DNA of 64,000 nt, taken from NCBI GenBank assembly GCA_036747335.1, contig DAIOCL010000001.1, positions 11,537-75,536 on the forward strand, read 5' to 3'. This document shows positions 1 to 9,228 of this stretch, one piece after another (the stretch's first letter is position 1; each line of letters begins with the position of its first letter). The stretch comes from Flavobacteriales bacterium. GTDB lineage: Bacteria > Bacteroidota > Bacteroidia > Flavobacteriales_D > Sanyastnellaceae. The position numbers were made by a program, and so were the translations under genes. The notes below the pieces were generated by a model, which searched no databases, was not told where the DNA came from, and saw only the letters and a program-made list of their open reading frames with translations.

Positions 1-7
1 GCCTGAA

Positions 8-36
8 AACAATCGGGCGGCAGCGATTGTTATTTT
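8..36 (+). terminator. hairpin plus T-rich tract at the window edge, possibly the terminator of an upstream gene
   Basis: Perfect 8-bp inverted repeat AACAATCG (8-15) / CGATTGTT (24-31) with an 8-nt loop, followed by ATTTTCCTTT. Confidence 0.3.
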
Positions 37-46
37 CCTTTGCGTT

Positions 47-676
47 GTGCCCTATATAGAGTCGAAAATAGCCGAGGGTGAGCACCAGCAGCAGGACTTC
101 AAATACGCGGTCAATGATGCGCGGAAGCTTGCTGCCACCCTTTCTGCGTTTGCCAATACAGACGGCGGAACGCTATTGATCGGTGTACGCGACAATGGTT
201 CCGTGGCCGGTGTGCGGCCTGAGGAAGAAGCGCATATGCTGGAAGCTGCCGCATCGGTGTACTGCTCCCCGGCGGTTGACCTGACAACCCAGGTTTGGAG
301 AACTGACAACCGCTATGTGCTTGAGGCCCGCGTGGCAGCCTCACCGCTGCGCCCCCATTACGTTAGGCTAGCCACCGGTGAACAGAAAGCCTATATAAGA
401 GTCCATGACCAGAACCTGCCTGCACCCGCCGTTCTGATTGAAGTGTGGAAGGGTGAAATCAGTGAGCGGCCGCAGAAATATTTCCATACCGATAAGGAGA
501 AGAAAATTTTTGAGGTGCTGGAGCACCAGGAAACCGGCCTGACACTGAGTGCCCTCTGCCGGCAAACAGGCATTCCGCGAAAAATTCTGCTTCCCCTTGT
601 AGCGCGGTTGATACGGTGGAAGCTTCTCGACATGGGTTTCATGCAGCACGTGGCCGTGTTCAGGCTGGTTAGGTAA
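47..676 (+). CDS. AlbA_2 (Schlafen-like divergent AAA) DNA-binding domain protein with a C-terminal winged-HTH-like segment
   Basis: 209-aa ORF with a GTG start. The N-terminal motif FANTDGGTLLIGVRDNGSVAGV is typical of AlbA_2. The C-terminal segment LTLSALCRQTGIPRKILLPLVARLIRWKLL looks like an HTH. Confidence 0.7.
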   Translation: MPYIESKIAEGEHQQQDFKYAVNDARKLAATLSAFANTDGGTLLIGVRDNGSVAGVRPEEEAHMLEAAASVYCSPAVDLTTQVWRTDNRYVLEARVAASPLRPHYVRLATGEQKAYIRVHDQNLPAPAVLIEVWKGEISERPQKYFHTDKEKKIFEVLEHQETGLTLSALCRQTGIPRKILLPLVARLIRWKLLDMGFMQHVAVFRLVR

Positions 677-742
677 ACCACCCGTTTGACCCCGGGTTCG
701 TCAGGGCGCAGAGCAGGAAAATCGATTATTCTTGCGTAACCG

Positions 743-1096
743 ATGCCGTCCATACAGTACAAACAGCGTTTCGCTGAGAACCTCAACATCTTCTTCTGGC
801 TGCTCAAAGACGCTTGCTGGCTGATGGATTTTTCTACCCTGGCTGCACTGATGATTGCCCCTACCCTTATCGCCTCGGTTTGGTTCACGCGCAAAGCCCG
901 CTACAACTGGCCGGAGATGGCGCATAATCTCGCTGTAACACTTTGGATCTGTGCCAATTCCTGGTGGATGCTCAATGAATTGTTCTGGGATGACCGCTAT
1001 ACGTACTGGTCGCTGCTTCCTTTTGCGGCAGGCTTGATAATCCTGTTGATATATTATGTTCCTGTCTGCCTGCTGTGGCTGAAACGAAGGAAATAA
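743..1096 (+). CDS. small hypothetical integral membrane protein
   Basis: 117-aa ORF with 3-4 hydrophobic, Trp-rich segments. It fills the gap between flanking genes. I recognise no family. Confidence 0.5.
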   Translation: MPSIQYKQRFAENLNIFFWLLKDACWLMDFSTLAALMIAPTLIASVWFTRKARYNWPEMAHNLAVTLWICANSWWMLNELFWDDRYTYWSLLPFAAGLIILLIYYVPVCLLWLKRRK

Positions 1097-1147
1097 TCTA
1101 TTACGTTGCGTGCGCAAATCTTTACTACACACTAAATACATCCAGCC

Positions 1148-2152
1148 ATGAAAACAGCGCTACCCGCATTGCTATTATCGCTGCTATGCACGCATTTCGC
1201 GCATGCTCAGCAAAAAACCCTTTCCAAGGATGACGAAAAAAACATGAAAACCTTGTCGAGTACCGACACTGTCGGATGGAAACGGGGCGCCGTGCTCGGA
1301 CTCAGTAATACGCAGACCTATCTCTACCAGTGGGCTGCCGGGGGTAACAGCGCCGTAACGGTGACCGGATTGGTCAACTATTTCGCCAACTACCGGAAAG
1401 GCAAACATGCGTGGGACAACCAGCTCAATATGGCCTACGGGATTCTGCTGCAGGATATTGACAGCCGGGCTATCAAAATTGATGACCGCTTTGACTTCAC
1501 TAGCAAATACGGAAGAAAAATGTCTTCGAAATGGTACCTCGCGGCCCTGATGAATTTTCAGACCCAGTTTGCTCCGGGTTACAACTCCGTCGGCGGTCAG
1601 CCTGATTATTCCAATAAGATCTCAGACCTGCTCGCACCCGGCAGGTTGCTGGCAGGTCTTGGTCTCGACTTTAAACCGAGTACGAAATTCACCGCGTTTC
1701 TGTCGCCGGTAACGTACCGCGGCATCTTTGTGCTTGACCAGCAACTGGCCGATGCCGGCGCCTTCGGGGTCGATGATGCCATTGACGAAAATGGTGTCTT
1801 CACCGAAGGCACGGGAAAGAACGTGCGCAACGAGGTGGGTTTTTATGCCCGCGGAGAGTACTCAACGCAACTGATGGAAAACATCAATTTCTCGACAAAA
1901 CTTGAGCTTTTCGCCAATTACCTCGATGAACCGCAAAATATCGACGTCAATTGGGAAAATCTCGTGGCCATGAAGATCAACAAGTACTTCTCCTTCTCTA
2001 TTGCAACGCAGTTGCTCTATGACCACAACACCATACTGCAGAAAAAACCGGCCGTTACCGATGATCAGGGCAATGTAACCGCACCTGCACGCATCGGTCC
2101 CGGTGTGCAGTTCCGCGAAGTCGCCTCGCTGGGTATCACTTACCAGTTCTGA
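1148..2152 (+). CDS. DUF3078 family outer-membrane beta-barrel protein
   Basis: Signal peptide (LLLSLLCTHFAHAQQ). Contains GWKRGAVLGLSNTQTYLYQWAAGGNS, alternating beta-strand pattern and a C-terminal YQF, as in Bacteroidota DUF3078 proteins. Confidence 0.8.
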   Translation: MKTALPALLLSLLCTHFAHAQQKTLSKDDEKNMKTLSSTDTVGWKRGAVLGLSNTQTYLYQWAAGGNSAVTVTGLVNYFANYRKGKHAWDNQLNMAYGILLQDIDSRAIKIDDRFDFTSKYGRKMSSKWYLAALMNFQTQFAPGYNSVGGQPDYSNKISDLLAPGRLLAGLGLDFKPSTKFTAFLSPVTYRGIFVLDQQLADAGAFGVDDAIDENGVFTEGTGKNVRNEVGFYARGEYSTQLMENINFSTKLELFANYLDEPQNIDVNWENLVAMKINKYFSFSIATQLLYDHNTILQKKPAVTDDQGNVTAPARIGPGVQFREVASLGITYQF

Positions 2153-2177
2153 ACTGCACGTCATGATAACACCCAGG

Positions 2178-2204
2178 GCCCCGGTTGATCCGGGGCTTTT
2201 TCTT
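2178..2204 (+). terminator. rho-independent terminator after the DUF3078 gene
   Basis: Stem GCCCCGG (2178-2184) / CCGGGGC (2190-2196), 5-nt loop, then TTTTTCTTT. Confidence 0.6.
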
Positions 2205-2282
2205 TCACCCCTGTGCATACCACGAGCCGCTCATTCCGCCGTCCCTTCATACCTTTCGACCTGAATCCATAAATACTGCACC

Positions 2283-3164
2283 ATGAATGCTTACGTGTTT
2301 CCGGGACAAGGTTCTCAGTTCCCGGGTATGGGTAAAGACCTGTATGAACAGTCAGAAACTGCGAGAGCCCTTTTTGAAAAAGCGAACAACATGCTCGGCC
2401 ACCGGATTTCCGACACGATGTTTTCGGGAACGGAGGAGCAGCTCAAGGCGACCAATATCACCCAGCCTGCCATATTTCTTCATTCGGTGATTCTCGCCTA
2501 CTGCCTCGGCGAACGGTTTGCTCCGGATATGGTGGCCGGGCACAGCCTGGGCGAATTCAGTGCGCTTGTGGCTGCCGGCTCACTGTCGTTTGAAGACGGA
2601 CTTCGCCTGGTAGAAGCCCGGGCTCTTGCCATGCAGCGGGCCTGTGCGCAACAGCCCTCTACCATGGCCGCCATACTCGGACTGGAAGACAGCGCGATAG
2701 AAGAGATCTGCGGGCAAGTTACCGGCATAGTCGTACCGGCGAATTACAACTGCCCGGGTCAGCTGGTCATCTCCGGTGAGGTGGCTGCCATAGACGAGGC
2801 CTGCGAAAAAATGCTGGCCGCAGGCGCCAAACGTGCGCTTAAGCTACCGGTCGGAGGTGCTTTTCACTCACCGCTTATGGAGCCCGCGCGCAAAGACCTG
2901 GAGGCGATGATAGACAGCCTTGCTTTCAAAGCCCCCCGCTGTCCGGTCTACCAGAATGTAGCTGCGCGGGCGGAAAGCGACCCGGACACCATTAAAAAGA
3001 ATCTGATCAGCCAGCTCACGGCGCCGGTGCGCTGGACACAAAGCATGCACGCCATGCTTGCGGATGGCTGTACCCACGTGGTTGAAGTAGGGCCCGGCAA
3101 GGTTTTGCAGGGACTCTTCAAAAAAGTGAGCCGCGATCTTCCGGTAGAAAGCGCCTCACTGTAA
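2283..3164 (+). CDS. fabD: malonyl CoA-acyl carrier protein transacylase
   Basis: Starts FPGQGSQFPGMGKDL, has the active-site GHSLGEFSAL motif, and is 293 aa long. Confidence 0.95.
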   Translation: MNAYVFPGQGSQFPGMGKDLYEQSETARALFEKANNMLGHRISDTMFSGTEEQLKATNITQPAIFLHSVILAYCLGERFAPDMVAGHSLGEFSALVAAGSLSFEDGLRLVEARALAMQRACAQQPSTMAAILGLEDSAIEEICGQVTGIVVPANYNCPGQLVISGEVAAIDEACEKMLAAGAKRALKLPVGGAFHSPLMEPARKDLEAMIDSLAFKAPRCPVYQNVAARAESDPDTIKKNLISQLTAPVRWTQSMHAMLADGCTHVVEVGPGKVLQGLFKKVSRDLPVESASL

Positions 3165-3187
3165 GACCGAAGCACACTGAACGCGCA

Positions 3188-3219
3188 TAAAAAAACCCCG
3201 CCGGAAGCGGGGTTTTTTT
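3188..3219. terminator. bidirectional rho-independent terminator between convergent fabD and the S46 peptidase gene
   Basis: A-run (3188-3195), stem CCCCGC / GCGGGG with loop CGGAA, then T-run (3213-3219). Confidence 0.75.
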
Positions 3220-3258
3220 AAAGGCCTTCGTGCCTTAATAACTCTTTATTTCAGGCTT

Positions 3259-5433
3259 TTAACCCTTTGCATTCACAAATTTGATTTCCTTGATCAGGTT
3301 GCTCGCACCATAGTACTTGTCTATGATCCACATGACATAGCGGATGTCCACGCTGATGGTGCGCTGAAGCTCAGGTTCGAAAGCGATATCACCGCTCATC
3401 GCTTCCCAGTTACCGTCAAAAGCCAGTCCAATGAGGCTGCCATTGCCGTCAATCACCGGGCTGCCGCTGTTACCTCCGGTGATGTCGTTACCGGAAATAA
3501 AGCAAACAGGCAGTTCGCCCTTTTCATTGGCATAACGGCCAAAATCTTTCTTGCTCAGCATATCGGCCAGACGATCAGGAACAAGGAATTCCGGATTCTT
3601 GTCATCGCGCTTCTCAAGAATACCCGAAGAAGTGGTAAGGAAATCGTAGTGAACAGCATCCATCGGGAAGTAGTCGTTTACCTTGCCGTAGGTCAGCCGC
3701 ATGGTGCTATTGGCATCAGGATAAAAATTCTTATTGGGCTGCATCTCACGGAGTCCGGCTACAAAAAGCCTGTAACCCTGGTCAAATTTTTCTTCATAAG
3801 GATTACCCATGGTAGCCAAATAGCTATCGATGGCACTGACTGCCGTGATGATAGCCAGATCTTTCTCATACACCTTCTGGCTCGGTTTGTTGATGAAGGC
3901 ATAAAGTTTCTCCTTGCTGGCCAGGAAACTTGTAGAGAAGAGTTGATCGGCGTATGCTGCGACATTTCCCTTGTACTTCGTCTCCACCGTTTTAAGCCAG
4001 GACGGATGATCCTCTTTGGGCACGTCGTTGTAGTAACGCGTAATCAGGGCAACAAACACATCGCGGTCTGTTTCTGCATCGTAGTCTTTGAAGTGGGCCT
4101 CAGCCGTTTCCTTGAAACTTTCAAGTATGGTCTTTTGCTGGGCCACGTCCAACTTGGCACCTTCTGCCGGCAGTGAAGCCTGGTAGGTGCGGTGAAAGCG
4201 CCATGAGAACAGCACAATTTCCGCACCAACCAATCCTGCATGGATATGGTATTGGTTCTTCACCGACGTTTTTGACGTTTCAGCGTAAAACTCCTTAATC
4301 ATGTTAAGTGCATTGCCGTATTTGGCTTTTCTGGAGGCATCGGCCTCTACCCAACGGGTAAACTCATCCTCCAGTTTTTCCTTTTTTGCCTGCACATTCA
4401 GGCGCTTGAGCCCTTTCGTCTGACCGATGTAATATTTCCATCCGTTTGCTGTGGATGCGTATTTTGAGGCATACTGCAGGCGCACCTTGGGGTCTGCATC
4501 CATATGCTTTTTCCAGGTATCGAGTTTGATTCCGTTCAGTTCCACAAAGGCAGGATTCGACAATTCGATGGCCTGCTTTACCCCCCATGATGTCAGGTAA
4601 CGGTCTGTGCTTCCCGGGAAACCGAGGATCATAGTAAAATCTCCGTCCTTCACACCACCCAGTGATACTGGCAGGGAATGTTTGGGTTTGTAGGGCACAT
4701 TGGTCGCTGCATAGTCTGCCGGTTCATTGTCGGCGTTGGCATAAATACGGAGCATAGAAAAATCTCCGGTATGGCGGGGCCACATCCAGTTGTCGGTATC
4801 ACCACCGAATTTACCGATGCTCTCAGGCGGATTGCCGACCAGGCGTATGTCGCGGAAGGTCTGGTACACCATCATGTAAAATTCATTGTTGAAGAAAAAG
4901 CTTTTCACTTCGGCTTCGTACTTTCCTCCTTCCGAGGCGGCAGCCTCCAGTTCCTGCATGGCGGCCCCGATGGTGGCATTGCGTTCGGCCTCACTCATGG
5001 CATCGTTGAGCCGGCCCAGGATGTTGCCGGTCACATCTTCTATCCGCACCAGAAATGAAATCTGGAATCCCTCAATGGGACGCTCCTCGGCCAAACTTTT
5101 GGCCATAAAGCCATTGGTCAGAATATCGTCTTCAAGCGTAGCTAGCGACTGAATCGCATCATAGCCGCAGTGGTGGTTGGTCAACACCAGCCCCTGGTCA
5201 GAAATCACCTCTCCCGTGCACATGCCTCCGTTGAGCCGCACGATTGCGTCTTTGAGGCATGCCTTGTTGATCGAGTAAATATCTTCTGCGGAAAGGTTCA
5301 GACCCATTTGCCTCATCTCGGCCTCGTTCATGCGCTGCAAGAGATGGATCAGCCACATGCCTTCGTCGGCGCGGGCGATGGTGCCGATGAACAGCATCAC
5401 GGCGGCACAGGTGATTTTCAGGAATCTTTTCAT
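3259..5433 (-). CDS. S46 family dipeptidyl-peptidase (DPP7/DPP11-like serine peptidase)
   Basis: Signal peptide followed by DEGMWL, TNHHCGYD (catalytic His region) and GNSGSPV (catalytic Ser). 724 aa. Confidence 0.9.
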   Translation of the reverse strand: MKRFLKITCAAVMLFIGTIARADEGMWLIHLLQRMNEAEMRQMGLNLSAEDIYSINKACLKDAIVRLNGGMCTGEVISDQGLVLTNHHCGYDAIQSLATLEDDILTNGFMAKSLAEERPIEGFQISFLVRIEDVTGNILGRLNDAMSEAERNATIGAAMQELEAAASEGGKYEAEVKSFFFNNEFYMMVYQTFRDIRLVGNPPESIGKFGGDTDNWMWPRHTGDFSMLRIYANADNEPADYAATNVPYKPKHSLPVSLGGVKDGDFTMILGFPGSTDRYLTSWGVKQAIELSNPAFVELNGIKLDTWKKHMDADPKVRLQYASKYASTANGWKYYIGQTKGLKRLNVQAKKEKLEDEFTRWVEADASRKAKYGNALNMIKEFYAETSKTSVKNQYHIHAGLVGAEIVLFSWRFHRTYQASLPAEGAKLDVAQQKTILESFKETAEAHFKDYDAETDRDVFVALITRYYNDVPKEDHPSWLKTVETKYKGNVAAYADQLFSTSFLASKEKLYAFINKPSQKVYEKDLAIITAVSAIDSYLATMGNPYEEKFDQGYRLFVAGLREMQPNKNFYPDANSTMRLTYGKVNDYFPMDAVHYDFLTTSSGILEKRDDKNPEFLVPDRLADMLSKKDFGRYANEKGELPVCFISGNDITGGNSGSPVIDGNGSLIGLAFDGNWEAMSGDIAFEPELQRTISVDIRYVMWIIDKYYGASNLIKEIKFVNAKG

Positions 5434-5463
5434 AGTAGCGGTAAATTATTCTTTGTGTGTGAT

Positions 5464-6006
5464 TTATTGGTTCTTTTTCATGAGTGCCCAGGTGGACTGA
5501 GCGATTGCCTCATCGAGCGCGGTGTAGAGCCGTTGCAAACCTTCTGGCGCCTGGTAGCGGGCCATTACCCGCTGGCGCTCACCGGAAATCTGCAATTCGG
5601 TATAAATGGTTGGCAAGTCTGTAACATAGGCATTGTCATACACCTCTTGAAAACCAAAATAGCCGATTTCTGTGGCAACAGCGCTGATTTTTTGAAGAGA
5701 GGCTGCACTGAGTGTTGTGTGGTAAAACCCGATGAGATCCACAAAATTTTTGCCCTGATAGACCGCATAGCCGCTTTGGTAAATGGTCAATTCGAAGACC
5801 GGGCAACGTCCAAAACACGGTGTACGTTCATAGCGGCACAACAGGCTGTCGGCTGGATTGCTTGGCGGGACGGCCGCCTGTGCTTCAGGAATCACCTCCA
5901 CCGCTGGCGAAATCTCCTTCTGCTCCCTGCATGATACCAGCACGAGCAGCACGAGCATCGTCCGCGATGCCTTGTGAAATAACCCTGCAAACAGTACAGT
6001 GGACAT
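5464..6006 (-). CDS. DUF6438-like lipoprotein
   Basis: Lipobox LVLVSC. Contains the CFGRCPVFELTIYQSGYAVYQG motif seen in DUF6438 proteins. Confidence 0.7.
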   Translation of the reverse strand: MSTVLFAGLFHKASRTMLVLLVLVSCREQKEISPAVEVIPEAQAAVPPSNPADSLLCRYERTPCFGRCPVFELTIYQSGYAVYQGKNFVDLIGFYHTTLSAASLQKISAVATEIGYFGFQEVYDNAYVTDLPTIYTELQISGERQRVMARYQAPEGLQRLYTALDEAIAQSTWALMKKNQ

Positions 6007-6009
6007 GGC

Positions 6010-7914
6010 CTACTTTTTTAATTTTTGCTTCTGTTGTTCCAGCTTCTTTTTCTGTTCTTTCTGCATGTTCTCCAACCGCTCCGCAAAGCCGCTCTTTTTC
6101 TTCGGCTTCTTCTTGTTGTCTTCAATCCTGGACAGTAGTTTATCCTCTTCGATGATGTAGTTCTTGATCACCCTCATATGTCCGATAGAAATGAATTTGG
6201 CCGTTAGGTAATACAGGCTCAAGCCGCTGGCGAAGCCGTTGAAGAAGAAAAGCATCATCACCGTGAAGATGTGCATGATCACTTTCATATTGGGCATACC
6301 CGGCTGTGTGGGCGTGGCCGAGTTGGCCATAGTCATGCGGGTATAGAAAAACGTGGAGATACACATCAGCAGCGTAAATCCGCTCACGTGGCTGCCGTAG
6401 AAAGGAATGGGGAAAGGCAGGTTCAGAATGGAATCGTAGGCACCCAGGTCGTCAGCCCAAAGGAAGGATTGTCCGCGGAACTCAATGCTCGCGGGGAAAA
6501 ACCTAAACATCGCATAGAGGATGGGCATCTGGAGGAGCACCGGAATGCACCCGGCAAAAGGATTGACCCCGGTCTGGCGGTACAACGACATAATCGCCTG
6601 CTGCTTGCCCATCGGATCATCTTTGTGCTTCTCATTGATGGCGTCCATATCGGGCTTCAGCACACGCATCTTGGCACTGCTCAGGAAGTTTTTCCAGGTA
6701 ACCGGAAAAAGTATGAGCTTGATTATCAGTGTGATGATCAGTATAATGATCCCATAGTTCAGGTTAAAACCATCGAAAAACACAAACATCGGGCGAATGG
6801 CGTTTTTGTTAACCCAGCCTATAATACTCCATCCGTAGTCTATGATGCGGTCAAACTCTTCGACCTTAAGACCCTTCAGGGTTTTGAATTCATTGGGTCC
6901 GAAAAAGAAGCGCAACTGGTGGGTGCACGACTGGGGCACCGCCGAAGGAATGGCCATGGCCGCCGTGAAGTGCTTGGTGTGTGCCGAATCAACCGGTAGC
7001 CTGACACCCAATTGTGCGCCGGGCGCAAAACCTTGTTCGGAAATCACTGCACAACTGAAGTAATTCTGTTTGCAGGCCATCCAGTTAAGCCGCGTTTCAA
7101 CCACGGCATCATCGTCGCCGCCCTCGCTGAGGTAGTCGCGCTTTTCTTCAAACTCTCTGAAATATATGCTCGTATGCGAACGCTCATTGGCGAGTCCCTT
7201 TTCATTCTGATTTCCGGAGGCATTCCACCGCAACACCACCGGCCTTGCAGCGAGGTCAAAGTTGGACCCTGCCTTCAGCACGTTGATTTCGCAGGCGACT
7301 TCATAGCTATCCGGCTGAATGAAGTATACCAGTTCCAGCACGGCATCACCCGATGCGGAGGCGAGCTTCATGCGCAGCTCCTTTGCAGAAGCGGTAGCAT
7401 CTACAGCGCTGTCACTGGGCACAAAGAGAAAGTCTGACGATTTGAAGGTTCTGCCATCCCTTCCGGCAAATTCGAGGTTCATGGTCGATACCTTCTCGTC
7501 CCAGAGGGCGATATCGAGGCTGTCCCAGTAAGTTTTGTATCCGTCTTTTAGGGTTACCTGCTGCAGCATGCCGCCGCGGGTATTGAAAACAGCCTCCAGT
7601 TTGTTGTTACGCACCACCACCTGTTTTCCTTCAGCCGACGCAGCCTCGTCAAAAAATCCGAGCTCGGGCGTCAGCAGGGCCCTGCGGGCACTCCGCACGC
7701 TGTCGGTAACGGCAGTATCGGGCTGCTCACGTGAAGCATTTTCCAGGGAAGAAACCGCTGACGCTGCAGGCACTGCCGCCCGGGTCGCAAGGCTGTCAGC
7801 GATGGTAACGGTGCTGCTGCCCGTGGGCCTGTCCGGTGCCGTCCAATAGGTGAACCCAATCACCAGCAGCAGCATCAGCAGGAGGCCGATGATGGTATTT
7901 CTGTCAAAATTCAA
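6010..7914 (-). CDS. yidC: membrane protein insertase YidC
   Basis: 634 aa. N-terminal TM segment, large periplasmic domain, and a C-terminal 60-kDa insertase core (MRVLKPDMDAINEKHKDDPMGKQQAIMSLYRQTGVNP). Ends with a TAG stop. Confidence 0.95.
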   Translation of the reverse strand: MNFDRNTIIGLLLMLLLVIGFTYWTAPDRPTGSSTVTIADSLATRAAVPAASAVSSLENASREQPDTAVTDSVRSARRALLTPELGFFDEAASAEGKQVVVRNNKLEAVFNTRGGMLQQVTLKDGYKTYWDSLDIALWDEKVSTMNLEFAGRDGRTFKSSDFLFVPSDSAVDATASAKELRMKLASASGDAVLELVYFIQPDSYEVACEINVLKAGSNFDLAARPVVLRWNASGNQNEKGLANERSHTSIYFREFEEKRDYLSEGGDDDAVVETRLNWMACKQNYFSCAVISEQGFAPGAQLGVRLPVDSAHTKHFTAAMAIPSAVPQSCTHQLRFFFGPNEFKTLKGLKVEEFDRIIDYGWSIIGWVNKNAIRPMFVFFDGFNLNYGIIILIITLIIKLILFPVTWKNFLSSAKMRVLKPDMDAINEKHKDDPMGKQQAIMSLYRQTGVNPFAGCIPVLLQMPILYAMFRFFPASIEFRGQSFLWADDLGAYDSILNLPFPIPFYGSHVSGFTLLMCISTFFYTRMTMANSATPTQPGMPNMKVIMHIFTVMMLFFFNGFASGLSLYYLTAKFISIGHMRVIKNYIIEEDKLLSRIEDNKKKPKKKSGFAERLENMQKEQKKKLEQQKQKLKK

Positions 7915-7952
7915 TGCCTGTAGAGATTAAAAAATGGGCCGCGAAGATAGCC

Positions 7953-8477
7953 TTACCAATGCGTGGCATCATCATCCATCCAAAGCCCTTTTAATTTGAG
8001 GGCCTGCTCAAGAATATCACGCACGCAGCCCTGTCCTCCCGCCAGGGGCGATATATAGGCTGCCATCTGCCTGATTTCGGGCACTGCATCGGCCGGACAA
8101 CAAGCCAGTCCGGCGTGCGACATAACGGGTAGGTCAGGTATGTCATCGCCCATGTAGCATACCTCAGAGGGATGTAAGCCGAACTGTGCGAGTAATTCCT
8201 TGAATTTCGGGGCCTTGGAACCGATTCCAAGGTGAATTTCAGAGACGCCGAGCCCTTCAAACCTGCGCCTGACGGCATCACTCTTGCCCCCGGAGAGGAT
8301 GACAATCCTAAGGCCTTTTTTTACCGCGAGTTGGACGGCATATCCGTCCCTGACATTGGCGGTACGCATCTGTTCTCCGTCTGCCGTCAGGTAGACGATG
8401 TTGTTGGTGAACACGCCATCGACATCAAAACAAAAGGTATTGATGTCGCGCAACCGTGCTTTATAGTTCTTTTCCAT
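7953..8477 (-). CDS. kdsC: HAD-IIIA family phosphatase, KdsC-like (3-deoxy-D-manno-octulosonate 8-phosphate phosphatase)
   Basis: I chose the internal ATG (MEKNYKARL...). Has the FDVDGVFTN HAD motif I and GDDIPDL motif. The 35-codon N-terminal extension in the ORF track overlaps the upstream gene and is not family-like. Confidence 0.8.
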   Translation of the reverse strand: MEKNYKARLRDINTFCFDVDGVFTNNIVYLTADGEQMRTANVRDGYAVQLAVKKGLRIVILSGGKSDAVRRRFEGLGVSEIHLGIGSKAPKFKELLAQFGLHPSEVCYMGDDIPDLPVMSHAGLACCPADAVPEIRQMAAYISPLAGGQGCVRDILEQALKLKGLWMDDDATHW

Positions 8478-9228
8478 AGCGCTGGCGGTAAATCTCGGAA
8501 GAAACTTGTTGGTAGATATGCTTCCATTCGGGGAAGGCGGCGAGCATATCGCGTTGCCTGGCCAAGGTACCCCGGTCACCACGCACAGCAGGACCGGTCT
8601 GGGCCTCTTCCGGACCCACGGCTGCGGCTTTGGCGGCCGTTTCTTGCATCAGGGGCCCGAGCAGGGCGGGGTCGGCCTGTGCATGGCGGGCCAGCTGGGC
8701 ACCGATGGCAAACATGTGGTTGGCGAAGTTGTTGGTGAACACGGCCGCGAGGTGCAGTTGCCTGCGCTGTTCGCTGTTCATCACCACCGCCCTAGACGAA
8801 ACCGACTGCGCGAGGCCGAGCAGGACCTGCTCCGAAGCAGCGTCGCTGCCCTCCACGCAGAGTGGCACCCAGGCAAGCGGGGTTTCCCGCAGCGCCGAAA
8901 GTGTCTGGAGGGGATACAACACGCCGTAGTGACGCGCGGTGTTAAGCACCTCCATCGGCACGCTGCCCGATGTATGCACGAGCATCCATTTTCCCGCTAA
9001 CCACGCCGGTAGTTCGTGCAGCGCATCATCGGCCAGGCAGAGCAATACCAACTCGGTTGATTCGGGGATTTCACCCTCACGGGCCGCATGGGTACCCAGT
9101 CTTGCTGCGAGCGCTGATGCTTTTTCCCCATTGCGGCTCCATATACCCTCCAGCCGGTGGCCTGTTGCACGCAGCGCGAGGCCCAGGCAAGTGGCCGCAT
9201 TTCCCGACCCGGCGATAAACACATTCAT
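8461..9228 (-). CDS. Rossmann-fold plus DUF2520 domain protein
   Basis: I chose the start at MNVFIAGSGNAA (Rossmann GxGxxA). Its ATG overlaps the ccmF stop as ATGA at 9225-9228. The C-terminal part resembles DUF2520 (PAVRGD...). Confidence 0.75.
   Translation of the reverse strand: MNVFIAGSGNAATCLGLALRATGHRLEGIWSRNGEKASALAARLGTHAAREGEIPESTELVLLCLADDALHELPAWLAGKWMLVHTSGSVPMEVLNTARHYGVLYPLQTLSALRETPLAWVPLCVEGSDAASEQVLLGLAQSVSSRAVVMNSEQRRQLHLAAVFTNNFANHMFAIGAQLARHAQADPALLGPLMQETAAKAAAVGPEEAQTGPAVRGDRGTLARQRDMLAAFPEWKHIYQQVSSEIYRQRYGKEL

Noticed and set aside
5170-5934. Long antisense or out-of-frame ORFs opposite well-supported genes. Examples: 5170-5934, 9243-10352, 11211-12026, 22640-23671, 24948-25655, 40848-41690, 43810-44703, 52026-52694, 59087-59923 and 60821-61633.
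   Set aside because: Each lies inside a gene with clear family motifs on the other strand or frame. GC-rich DNA gives long spurious open frames, and none shows recognisable motifs.
6010-6012. Genome-wide reassignment of TAG/TAA to a sense codon as the explanation for the two in-frame stops.
   Set aside because: TAG terminates yidC (6010-6012) and the LytTR gene (45362-45364) at family-consistent lengths. TAA terminates fabD, the S46 peptidase gene, kdsC and others.
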